A stretch of 63,660 nucleotides of DNA, counting the filler, from Octopus bimaculoides (lineage: Eukaryota), in NCBI RefSeq assembly GCF_001194135.2. It is 5 parts of 5 records of this genome, joined end to end, with 100 filler letters (N's around TTAATTAATTAA, not from the genome) between each part and the next. Parts side by side here need not be neighbours in the genome. Positions count along the whole stretch, not along the records: positions 1 to 26,651 come from NC_068997.1; positions 26,752 to 43,592 come from NC_069003.1; 3 more parts are not named here. One strand, given 5' to 3'. The position numbers were made by a program, and so were the translations under genes. The notes under the pieces are model-generated. The model ran no database searches. It was given only the letters and a program-made list of their open reading frames with translations, and was not told where the DNA came from. Each line of letters begins with the position of its first letter. The stretch's first letter is position 1. Below are positions 23,755 to 34,268 of the stretch, piece after piece.

Positions 23755-24032
23755 GTCATAAATGATGAGGTCTACAGCTACACCCACCGGTTGGTTATTG
23801 TCCAGTTACCTTTCTTTTTCAAAACAGGCTCCCAAAACATTTTTCGTTACAACAATCTTTAGCTACAGATCTTTGTGATAAGAAATATTTCCGCAGCTTG
23901 TTTTCAGAAAGAAAGAGAAGTGGACAATCGATAAACAAACAACCGATAAGTGTGTTTATAGACTGTATTAATCGTAGACTATGCCTGTTATGTAAACAAT
24001 GTTTACAAAGAAATTTTCAGATATTTACTCGC

Positions 24033-24082
24033 CTTAGTTACAACCGTGAAGCCAACTTCAAGCAGATAGAAACCATAGGTAC
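24033..24082 (-). CDS. SLC39A12: ZIP12-like zinc transporter exon, second half of TM3 (GTYGFYLLEVGFTVVTK), ends at a GC donor
   Basis: Minus-strand acceptor ttttattttctAG, phase-1 start. Peptide resembles TM3 of ZIP12 (GIHGFFLIEKCF) and ZIP4 (GLYAFFLFENLF). Donor AAG|GCGAGT gives the phase 0 needed by the next exon. Confidence 0.82.
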
Positions 24083-25346
24083 CTAGAAAATAAAATTCAA
24101 AGATTTAGTGATAATTATGGACAGTGACATTTTGAAGAACCTTTGCATCCTTTGCAGTGAAGAAAACAAACTATTTCTTTAATTACTTTGGCAATATTTT
24201 AGTTAAACACTTTCAGCTTCTTTATTAATGATGTTATTAGTGTAAAAATGCTTCTTAACCGCAAATTAGTGCTGCCCTTGCTGGCTTCTAATCAAAGATG
24301 CTCCAAATATGACCAAAGTGTTTTGATACATAGCCTCCTATATATTATTCAATATGTATATTTTTTAAACCGTTAAATTGTGAGTTGATGGATATTTAAA
24401 AGTTATTTCTAGCAGTTCGTACGACTATACACAGGGTTCTTCGTTGACATTTGTAACTTCAAGCAACTTGGCATTACTAAACGGTCATGGATTCCAATAT
24501 TGTTTGCCTTGGGTGTTTGAGAGGGGGGGATAACGTTTATGCGCTAAAAAATGTTAAGCATTGAGATTATCTTATTATGTTGGTGGGGGGGGGAGTGAAT
24601 TAATCTTTTCGTTCGGATGTTTAACACGTCTTACACGCAGTGTCTTGACTTTCCTGGTTTAAAAATAAACTTAAGTCAAAAATATAAACTTCAGAATGAA
24701 AGGCCTCAGGAGAATTCATTAAAATTTTAGTTAAGAATGGAGCATAAACGAATTCGATAAAGTAATCTTTGATCAAGAACAGTGTTAATCATAAATGAGA
24801 CAGGGAGCTTCAGAAATCCGTTTCTATAAAAAGGAGAAATAATGGTACTTTTCTTTAACAACCGCCTCTGAAGCCTGTTCGATTTTCACTGAAACTGAAT
24901 TACATCGTAATCGTGAAGTATATTTTCCACCTAGATGTGGCGGACCCATAGGCGACGATGCTACTGCTGTTTATAGCCCCAGGAAGACATTTCCTCCAGT
25001 TGGCTAACGACACACTGTCTGTGTCCGATTAATATTTGCGAAGGAAAATCATCGTTCCCATCTCTAGCCTTATGTGATACATACGGATGGGACAACAGTC
25101 ATCTCCCTTAACAACTGATACGGATAGAACACTGAATAACATAGGATGCATCGACAACTCCGTAACGTAGTTTTATTTGTGTTGTTGGGGTTTTTGTTAA
25201 ACTTTTCTGTTGCCATTTCCGAGTCTTGAGCGAATGAACAACTTTAATTAATCGACAATCAAGCAATACATATTCTACACATATTTTACAAAGTAAAAAT
25301 GGAGAAATTTATTGTCAAAATTTATCCAACACACACAGAGGCTTCT

Positions 25347-25418
<72 letters not shown>

Positions 25419-26651
25419 NNNNNNNNNNNNNNNNNNNNNNNNNNNNNNNNNNNNNNNNNNNNNNNNNNNNNNNNNNNNNNNNNNNNNNNNNNNNNNNNNN
25501 NNNNNNNNNNNNNNNNNNNNNNNNNNNNNNNNNNNNNNNNNNNNNNNNNNNNNNNNNNNNNNNNNNNNNNNNNNNNNNNNNNNNNNNNNNNNNNNNNNNN
25601 NNNNNNNNNNNNNNNNNNNNNNNNNNNNNNNNNNNNNNNNNNNNNNNNNNNNNNNNNNNNNNNNNNNNNNNNNNNNNNNNNNNNNNNNNNNNNNNNNNNN
25701 NNNNNNNNNNNNNNNNNNNNNNNNNNNNNNNNNNNNNNNNNNNNNNNNNNNNNNNNNNNNNNNNNNNNNNNNNNNNNNNNNNNNNNNNNNNNNNNNNNNN
25801 NNNNNNNNNNNNNNNNNNNNNNNNNNNNNNNNNNNNNNNNNNNNNNNNNNNNNNNNNNNNNNNNNNNNNNNNNNNNNNNNNNNNNNNNNNNNNNNNNNNN
25901 NNNNNNNNNNNNNNNNNNNNNNNNNNNNNNNNNNNNNNNNNNNNNNNNNNNNNNNNNNNNNNNNNNNNNNNNNNNNNNNNNNNNNNNNNNNNNNNNNNNN
26001 NNNNNNNNNNNNNNNNNNNNNNNNNNNNNNNNNNNNNNNNNNNNNNNNNNNNNNNNNNNNNNNNNNNNNNNNNNNNNNNNNNNNNNNNNNNNNNNNNNNN
26101 NNNNNNNNNNNNNNNNNNNNNNNNNNNNNNNNNNNNNNNNNNNNNNNNNNNNNNNNNNNNNNNNNNNNNNNNNNNNNNNNNNNNNNNNNNNNNNNNNNNN
26201 NNNNNNNNNNNNNNNNNNNNNNNNNNNNNNNNNNNNNNNNNNNNNNNNNNNNNNNNNNNNNNNNNNNNNNNNNNNNNNNNNNNNNNNNNNNNNNNNNNNN
26301 NNNNNNNNNNNNNNNNNNNNNNNNNNNNNNNNNNNNNNNNNNNNNNNNNNNNNNTTGTTTTGGCTTCTGTCATCATTTATATTTCTTGCAGACAGGAAAC
26401 ACTGTAAGACATCAAGAGAGAGGGAAGAGGCAACAATTGTAAATGGGGTGGGAGGGGATAACGATCAGTTGGCAGTTGAAACATTCCTGTCACAGCGTGG
26501 GACCTTGAAGACTGCTAAAATGCAAGAAAGTATACTTGTCCTTTAATATTTGATATTCAATATTTCATTTATTAAATAAGACAATCAATACTTCATTTCA
26601 TTTTACTATACCTACTATATATACTATATATTCTATATCCTACATTAATAT

Positions 26652-26751
26652 NNNNNNNNNNNNNNNNNNNNNNNNNNNNNNNNNNNNNNNNNNNNTTAAT
26701 TAATTAANNNNNNNNNNNNNNNNNNNNNNNNNNNNNNNNNNNNNNNNNNNN
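26652..26751. other. Artificial 100-nt scaffold join (44 N, TTAATTAATTAA, 44 N)
   Basis: Identical construct at 43593-43692, 60052-60151 and 62443-62542; the 12-mer puts stop codons in all six frames. Confidence 0.95.
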
Positions 26752-26794
<43 letters not shown>

Positions 26795-27620
26795 TTTTTA
26801 ATTATTTAACTCGAAGTGGAAGAGCTATAAATGACAGCGTGCAAATATTAGGAAAGAAGCAGTTTGGATAGAAGACGTGGAAGGCTGCCTGTGGGACATC
26901 AACAATATATTAACTTCTAAATGCGTGATATACGGTTGTTTAATGCTTATATATACACGTCTGAATTTATGAAGAAGAAGAAAAGTACTGAATACAGGAT
27001 ATTTAATATAATTAATAAAGGAAAGGACTCTCATGGTTACTGCACACACACACACACACGTGAGCACATAAATACAAAACAAGGTGGAAAATATAGTAAC
27101 TGTATGACGAAAAGGGTACGTGAAACTCTGAGTAACATTTCCGGGATAATTTTGCTGCTTTACTGTAAGTATGTGCGTGTACGTACGTATGTATATTAAC
27201 ATTAACCCCGACAGAATATCACAGAGACACAGCAGTGGGTGGATCCTAAAGATGGGGTCTGTCGTCACTTCACAACACAAACAAAAAACGATGAATGAAA
27301 GTTGAACGAGGTGAAACGACGGCACCCTTGAGAAAGTAGACTTTCAGCGGCTTTGTTAAGAAAACATCATTTGTTTCCTTGTGTTACGGCAGTGTAACGA
27401 TATAAGATTAACATAAGAAACGTCTATGGCTGTTGAGAAGCTGATGTGTTGGTCATCTGGTCAATAAACGGTGAGTTTGTAATAAGCTGGTTGGCAGCTT
27501 GAGCTTGTTGTGTATACATCCGCACAGCTTGATATTTACATCAGTAGACATGAAACAACGGTAAATTTCAGAAAGCAGAATCAAAGAATTGTTGAATGAA
27601 AGAAAAGAATCGATATTTAC

Positions 27621-27701
27621 CGTGCTGGACAGTTGCTGGCTCGAGTCTGAAGCCGGACCACTGCTCCCAGCAACAGTGGGAGGTGTCATCGGAGGCGCCA
27701 T
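27621..27701 (-). CDS. Candidate first coding exon of an unidentified gene (MAPPMTPPTVAGSSGPASDSSQQLSST)
   Basis: ATG in strong context (caaaATGGcg), GC-richer unique sequence, phase-0 donor ACG|GTAAAT, preceded by a long pyrimidine-rich AG-free leader. Product not recognised. Confidence 0.35.
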
Positions 27702-28339
27702 TTTGCCAGGATTATGTCATGTGAAAGTGAAAAACAGATAGAGAGATGATGATAGAGAGAGGGAAAGGTAGATAGAATAGGAGAAAGACAGAGAAGGAAT
27801 AAGAGAGAGAGAGAAAGTGTAAGGGAGAGCATTATTAAGAACGGTAACTCAGTTATTTACTCTCACTGATTTACTTCCCTTTGTAAGACGAGCCATAGCT
27901 GATGAGACTTGCTTTTCATTTTCTGAGACCCAACAGTGTTCTAGTTTGATATTCTAATATATTAGAAAATAAACCAGTAGATTTTTTTAGCTGGCACTGT
28001 GTGTGTAAGTTAATTAAAATTAATTAGATGTACTTTGCAGTAATAAATGAGTGTCATTAGAGAAGTGTTGTTGGCCCCTGAAGAAGTCACCAAAATGATT
28101 AAACCTAGTTCAGCCTACACTCGTTTCTCGAATCACTGTAGAGTTGTATATAAACAATGATGGCTATAATTCAGCTGACCTATCATTAAAGGTGTTCAAC
28201 CATGACCATCTGTTTTTTTTTTCAGAGAGAATATATAGGATCATATTATCCAACATGTCCTTATTTTTTTAAACACTATATAGAATGAAATGAATGAGAT
28301 TTGGTTGCTATTTCTAGCAAGTTGAACAACCATATAAAG

Positions 28340-28594
28340 CAGTGGTTCTCGACCAGGGTCCACTATTTAAGATTGGGGATCTATTTAAGATTTCGTGGTT
28401 AAAATCTACAATAAACTAGTGCTACTTCTACAACACACAAGATATTTTAAACAATTTTTAAAATTCAATTCCTAATAAAATATAAAAATACAAAAGAGTT
28501 TTTTTTTAAAAACATTAAATGGTGATGGAGGTTCCAGTAGAGCAAAATAAGAACCAACAGCATCCATCGGTAAAAAAATGGTTGAGAACCACTG
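28340..28594. mobile_element. hAT-like MITE, same family
   Basis: CAGTGGTTCTCGACC...GGTTGAGAACCACTG; 8-bp flanks ATATAAAG and ATGTCAAG match at 6/8. Confidence 0.75.
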
Positions 28595-29419
28595 ATGTCA
28601 AGACTTCTTCCTTGGCTCTTGGAGATAAGGTTGTTGTTATTGTTTAACCCCAGGTAAGCTCTGAACGAGCAGACCTATGATCAACAACATACAAGCAGTG
28701 ATTATTGCGTCATTATTTTAGATCAATATCTAGGACACGTTATCCACGTCCTTCTTAAATTTTTCTCAATAGTTTTGATTGCTATTTCTTGCAGGTCTAC
28801 CAGGTTTATAGCGACTTTTTTTTCTGCCTCACCTGGTTTCGTTGCTTGACTACCCAGAGGAGGTAGCCACGATGAAGCTACAGCTGACCAGTCCTTCTTT
28901 AAGTTAGCTTCAAACCCCAAAACAAAAGCCACCAACCGATATCGCCAGATACACTGTTCTGCAGGCGGAATGAACCATAAGACAGTAATGAAAGCACAAC
29001 AAGTGTTGACGAAACTACAATATTGTTAAAAAAGCAAAACATCCATTGAAGTGTTTAATGGGTGGAGCATAAAGTATTGTACGTTTGAACACCAAACACA
29101 AGAGTATAGGCTTATGTAACAATGTCATTGGGATTGGATGCTTTATATCATAGAGAGATTTATATTGTTAGTGTCAGAGGATCCATAAAGCAGCAATGAG
29201 GTTGCAAAAATCATAATACACAGTACTTCGTACCTTGATATACTTAGTCACCTTATGTCATGTTTGTACTTAGGATATATGTGTATAGGAACTTCTCTAC
29301 CACATGGTTCTTGGTTCAGTCCCCTTGTGTGGAATCATGGGCAAGTGTTTTCTTTGATACCCTTGGGCCAACCAAAGCCTTGCGAGTGGATTTGGTTGAT
29401 GGGAACTGAAAGAAGCCAG

Positions 29420-29610
29420 TCATGGAGATATTTGGAAGAGCTGTGGTGGGACTATTCAACGATGTAAACTTTGCTTGGCTGAGCAAGCAATAATCCTAAG
29501 AAACTTGCTTGACCTGGGGACCTTTTTAAACTCCAAGAAAGAGGTATTCAGTCAATACCCTCATCTAAGATATTCTCTACTTCAGACTTGGAATCCCTCA
29601 TTTGTTGAAT
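29420..29610 (+). mobile_element. Penelope-like element, GIY-YIG C-terminal remnant
   Basis: RCKLCLAEQAIILRNLLDLGTFLNSKKEVFSQYPH follows the CxLCLxEKxxI...LNxxxExxSxCxH ending of Penelope ORFs. Confidence 0.62.
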
Positions 29611-30511
29611 AGTTCCACTACAGCTCCTTCAAATTTCATCATGGCTAGAGTCGATATAAGGGAGATCATCCTGCCCCGCTAACCCCCGTCTCACAGCACG
29701 GACAAATATTTTTTGCTTATGAAACCAACTGACCGCTATGTATTTCTTCCTCTAGTTCTAAAGAGGTTATGCACCTTCAGCCATAGATAATGGAAAATGA
29801 ATGACAAATATTCCTGGAAAAGAGTTAGAAAAATTATTAAAAATATAATTATCATTCAAAAATAGCCTTCCAGTCTCTAACAACGTAGCTCATTGAATGT
29901 ATCTAAGCGTGTGTGGCTGTGTATGTGTGTGTATGTATATATGTATGTATCTGTCTGTTTGTCTGCCTGTCAGTCTATCTCTCTGTCTGTCTGCCTGCCT
30001 ATCTGTCTGTCTGTGTCTGTGTGTCTATCTATACACATACTTTCGATGAACTATTTTCTTAGAGATACATGTATACATACATACATGCATACATACATAC
30101 ATACATACATTCACACACACATGTGCAGACGAACAATATCACTAACCATACAATTTAAAAACAAGTTTTCTTTTTCACATTTTTCTTCTCTTAAAGCTCA
30201 GTGATCGCCATACATGAAATCCCATTGTTACATTGTCACCACACTCTTCGTCATTCTATTGCCATGATCTTCGTCTCAATTTCATTCACCTGAATAATTC
30301 AGTATATATTTTCTCGTACAATGTTTCTTTCTTTCTTTCGCACTTTCCTTCTTCCTTCTGTCCTCATATTCTACTTTACTTCTGCGTCTGGGTTTTATTT
30401 TCGGTAAATTTTGATATTAACACTCGCACGATTTTCACTAAGGTAAAAAAAAAAATATATATAGAAGACTACCAACATTACAATTACGGAAGACTACTAA
30501 GAATATATATA

Positions 30512-30699
30512 TTGGGTTGTCTGGAAAGTCCGTGCCGATTTATAGTAGCTTACCTTTCGACTTATTTGTCATGAAACCACCTCAATTCTGGGAAAATGGT
30601 ATTTTCAAGTTAAAGGAAAAATGGAGACGCATTGTGCAACAAAATGGTTCATATTTGGTTGATTAAAAATGTAATGGCAAGTATTTATTGACCTTCTTC
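30512..30699 (+). mobile_element. Non-autonomous mariner remnant, second subfamily, truncated at an N gap
   Basis: TA|TTGGGTTGTCTGGAAAGTCCGTGCCGATTT TIR-like start joined directly to a transposase C-terminus KPPQFWENGIFKLKEKWRRIVQQNGSYLVD-stop. Confidence 0.8.
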
Positions 30700-31039
30700 N
30701 NNNNNNNNNNNNNNNNNNNNNNNNNNNNNNNNNNNNNNNNNNNNNNNNNNNNNNNNNNNNNNNNNNNNNNNNNNNNNNNNNNNNNNNNNNNNNNNNNNNN
30801 NNNNNNNNNNNNNNNNNNNNNNNNNNNNNNNNNNNNNNNNNNNNNNNNNNNNNNNNNNNNNNNNNNTATATATATATGTAATCGTCTTAACTTAAAGGAA
30901 AAGGGCTATACTATCTCAGTCTTGGAGCTCCTGGTCGAAGTACAACCATTTCATCTCCACATATTTTCTCGCTATTTTTCCTCGCCCAGCTCTCTTCCCA
31001 TAGCAGAAATCAATGGTAAAACTTATTGCGTGCCAGTGC

Positions 31040-31290
31040 TACGTAAAAGCATTTGAACCAGTGTCACATAAAAAATACCCGTGTCAGTTTCATGTAAAAA
31101 GCGCCCATGTCAGTGCTGTGTAAAATGATTTGAACCGGTGTCACATAAAATGTACCCGTTTCACATAAACGGCACTCATGCTGGTGTCACGTAAAATCAC
31201 TTTGCCAGTGTCACACAAAAAGCACCAGTACACTTTGTAAAGTGATTGGTGTTAGGAAGGGCATCCAACCATAAAACAGAGAAATGGAGC
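31040..31290 (+). mobile_element. SINE-like repeat with amplified internal unit
   Basis: gtgtcac(a/g)taaaa unit repeated about five times, then cagtacactttgtaaagtg(a/g)ttggtgttaggaagggcatcca, which recurs at about 42880-42960. Confidence 0.7.
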
Positions 31291-32249
31291 ATGGATTCCC
31301 AAAAGAGATTATGGTTGTTATCCAACCGTTCTCTGTCTAACCCCATATGCCTCTTCCTGGTTGGCTCGGCTTGAAGAATCTGTCTGCGAATTCTTTCTTG
31401 TGACAGTTCTAATCCCAAGTCCATGGTCCCAGAGCTGTGACATCTCAATGCAGAGAAATTACGGTTCGACCTGGAAATAGTTTCTGGTCTCCGCGATACC
31501 GTAATCTATCAAGGAATGTAACTGTAGCAAGTAAGGGGCGAAAAAAAAATCACAAAATTAAAGACAATGCACAAGGGAAAGAACTCTTCCGTCCCTAATC
31601 TTCTCAACTGAAATTAACCTTAAGTAGTTAGTGACCCTATAATAAGGAACATTTATATTTCTAAGCATTGGGGAGAATTAGCCACTACACTATGTCAGAC
31701 GTAGGATAATGAAATAAAGCAAGAACCGCAAATTACATCCTAGAAATCTCATATAACTATTTATTTTTGTTCAGAGATAGGAGCAGGCAAGTAAAGAAGT
31801 TCCCGTTGTAGTTCGATCCCATTGCACGGCATTTAAAGGTAGGGTTTTCTACCATAGATTCGAAATGCTCAAAGAACTTGCGAATGAAATTTGAAAGAGG
31901 GATTCTGCGTTGAATCCTGTTTGGTATATATCGACATTCATTGCGTCGAAGTTTCCTTTGGTTCAGCATCTGTTGTATCTCTATACACTTTGCTATTCGT
32001 CACTTATAGATCGATAAAAGAATTAGCAGACAAAGTATGGGGATCGATATAATCGTCGAACATCTTCGAAGCGGTTGATCAATATCTGAAACCAGTAAAC
32101 GCCCAGTATCCAATCATATTCAGATGCCGTTTAATCAAACACCATGTTGCCAGCAGGAAATTAGATAAAGACTTGGCGCAGGAAGATTAGCTCTGAGTTT
32201 ACTCAATACGATGTGGAGAGACTACGCAATCAACGAATAGGTCAAGCTG

Positions 32250-32880
32250 ATGATGAGTTATCAGCAATATAATAGCAGCATATCAATATTTCCTTCTCGA
32301 TCATTTAACTACAAATGTCGACCACGACAACAACCAAAAAACCCTGTTAAGCAGTGTCTCTGTGGGCTCTGTGGGCATTCCGTCCTTCCAACTTCTTCGC
32401 CAACTCTCCTCAGGAGGTTCACGAGGGTAGAGTCCTCAGGCATCTACTCTTTAGGGTCCTATCAATCGTCATTAGACTTTTTGGCTGGATTACCAAGCGA
32501 GATCAAAAACACTGGTCTGACGAGCGGCAATCTATGGATATAGAGCATGGACCATAAGGGTGGGTGACGACGTTCGAGCTAACGTGCTAAGGGTGAGTGT
32601 TGAGGACCATTGGCTCAAACTGGTTAGTCCTGAGGAGATGGTCGAAGAACGAAGGCTGGTGACGAAGATCAGATGGCGGCGAAAAAAACTGCAATATTTT
32701 GGTCATGCTATCAAGACTCAGAACTTCTGTATCCATCACATCCTCAGGACTGGCTAAATGGAAAACGTGTTCGTGGGCGACAAAAACGAAGGTGGAGCTA
32801 TGACCCCGATTGAGTGTACAGTTGCAGCACAAGACTGATTATCCCGGGGGCCTATAATGCTGCTAGACGGCCCCGAGTAC
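32250..32880 (+). mobile_element. RTE-like LINE 3' fragment
   Basis: KIRWRRKKLQYFGHAIKTQNFCIHHIL matches the RRKLQYFGHI motif near the end of RTE ORFs. Ends approximate. Confidence 0.62.
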
Positions 32881-33726
32881 GTCATAAGAGATGTTATCTC
32901 TGGATGAATACCTCAGTAAATTTGTCTGTCAACGATGTATTTACATTAAGTCTGTTACGTAGATGGGCTGTTTTGATTCAATAGTGATTCTATTGCGCAT
33001 TACGGATAACATAACGTCATTGTGTTTACTTATGTCATTGTATGATAATGTTCAGTTGGCTTTTTAAAGCCCCTTGGATTAAACCTTATTAACGCTAACT
33101 TAACAATTGGAAATGTTTGTGGTGGTGTATGTGTATGCGTATGTGTGTGTATGGCTGTACTTCTCTGTGTGTGTGTGTGTGTGTGTGTGATAACCTCCAA
33201 ATATGGCACCACCTAAGCCAGTGGAAGTATTTTAATCTTCTGTCTACCCTCAGGATGAGAGAAAGGGTCCAACCGTACTCACTGTAGTTNNNNNNNNNNN
33301 NNNNNNNNNNNNNNNNNNNNNNNNNNNNNNNNNNNNNNNNNNNNNNNNNNNNNNNNNNNNNNNNNNNNNNNNNNNNNNNNNNNNNNNNNNNNNNNNNNNN
33401 NNNNNNNNNNNNNNNNNNNNNNNNNNNNNNNNNNNNNNNNNNNNNNNNNNNNNNNNNNNNNNNNNNNNNNNNNNNNNNNNNNNNNNNNNNNNNNNNNNNN
33501 NNNNNNNNNNNNNNNNNNNNNNNNNNNNNNNNNNNNNNNNNNNNNNNNNNNNNNNNNNNNNNNNNNNNNNNNNNNNNNNNNNNNNNNNNNNNNNNNNNNN
33601 NNNNNNNNNNNNNNNNNNNNNNNNNNNNNNNNNNNNNNNNNNNNNNNNNNNNNNNNNNNNNNNNNNNNNNNNNNNNNNNNNNNNNNNNNNNNNNNNNNNN
33701 NNNNNNNNNNNNNNNNNNNNNNNNNG

Positions 33727-34268
33727 GTTCTCAACCATTTTTCTTATCTAGGGACCTGTTTGATTACTATTTTATTCTGGTAGACTCCCATGGCCATTCT
33801 CCGTTTAAAAACTAGTTTTATAGAAACTTCTTCTAAAATTCGTATTTTGCTTTTCACACATTAACTAATGGAGGTTGATCTCTGTAAAATGTTAGAGAAA
33901 GAAACCTATCTGTTTCTTGTGGAGTTCCCAACCATTTTTTTTTAATCTATGGGCCCCTTTGGTTACTGTTTTATTCTGGTGGGCCCCTCAAAGTCATTCT
34001 CTGTTTAAAAACTAGTTCTATAGAAACTTCTTTCAAAATTCCTGTTTTCTTTTTCACTCATTAACTTGTGTAGGTTGAACTATGTAAAATGTTAGAGAAA
34101 GAAACCCAGCTGTTTCTTGCAATACATAGCGCATACATCTAAAGCAACATTTATTCAGGGACCGTCAAATACTATTGTGGATTCCCAATTTACTATTTAT
34201 CTGCATGGACCCCCATAAATCTTATATGAACCCTTAGTGGCCATATGGAGCCCAGTTGAGAAACATTG
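33727..34268. mobile_element. hAT-like MITE copies in tandem or nested arrangement
   Basis: GGTTCTCAACC start after the gap, the internal block ttactgttttattctggtgg...aaaactagttttatagaaacttc occurs twice, ends CAGTTGAGAAACATTG. Confidence 0.65.

Noticed and set aside
24029-24032. Canonical GT donor (GCGA|GTAAAT) as the main end of the ZIP TM3 exon
   Set aside because: Gives phase 1, which meets a stop in the His-loop exon and cannot enter the phase-0 exon at 21944. Kept only as a possible minor site.
24635-24653. 19-nt minus-strand segment with AG/GT ends (ESQDTA) upstream of the TM3 exon
   Set aside because: Phase-compatible, but it would put a polar peptide where homologs have the hydrophobic first half of TM3.
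28075-28140. CTGAAGA followed by a small stem, resembling a hammerhead ribozyme core
   Set aside because: The required GAAA is AAAC without the G and stems I and III do not form. Other CTGANGA sites I checked also failed.
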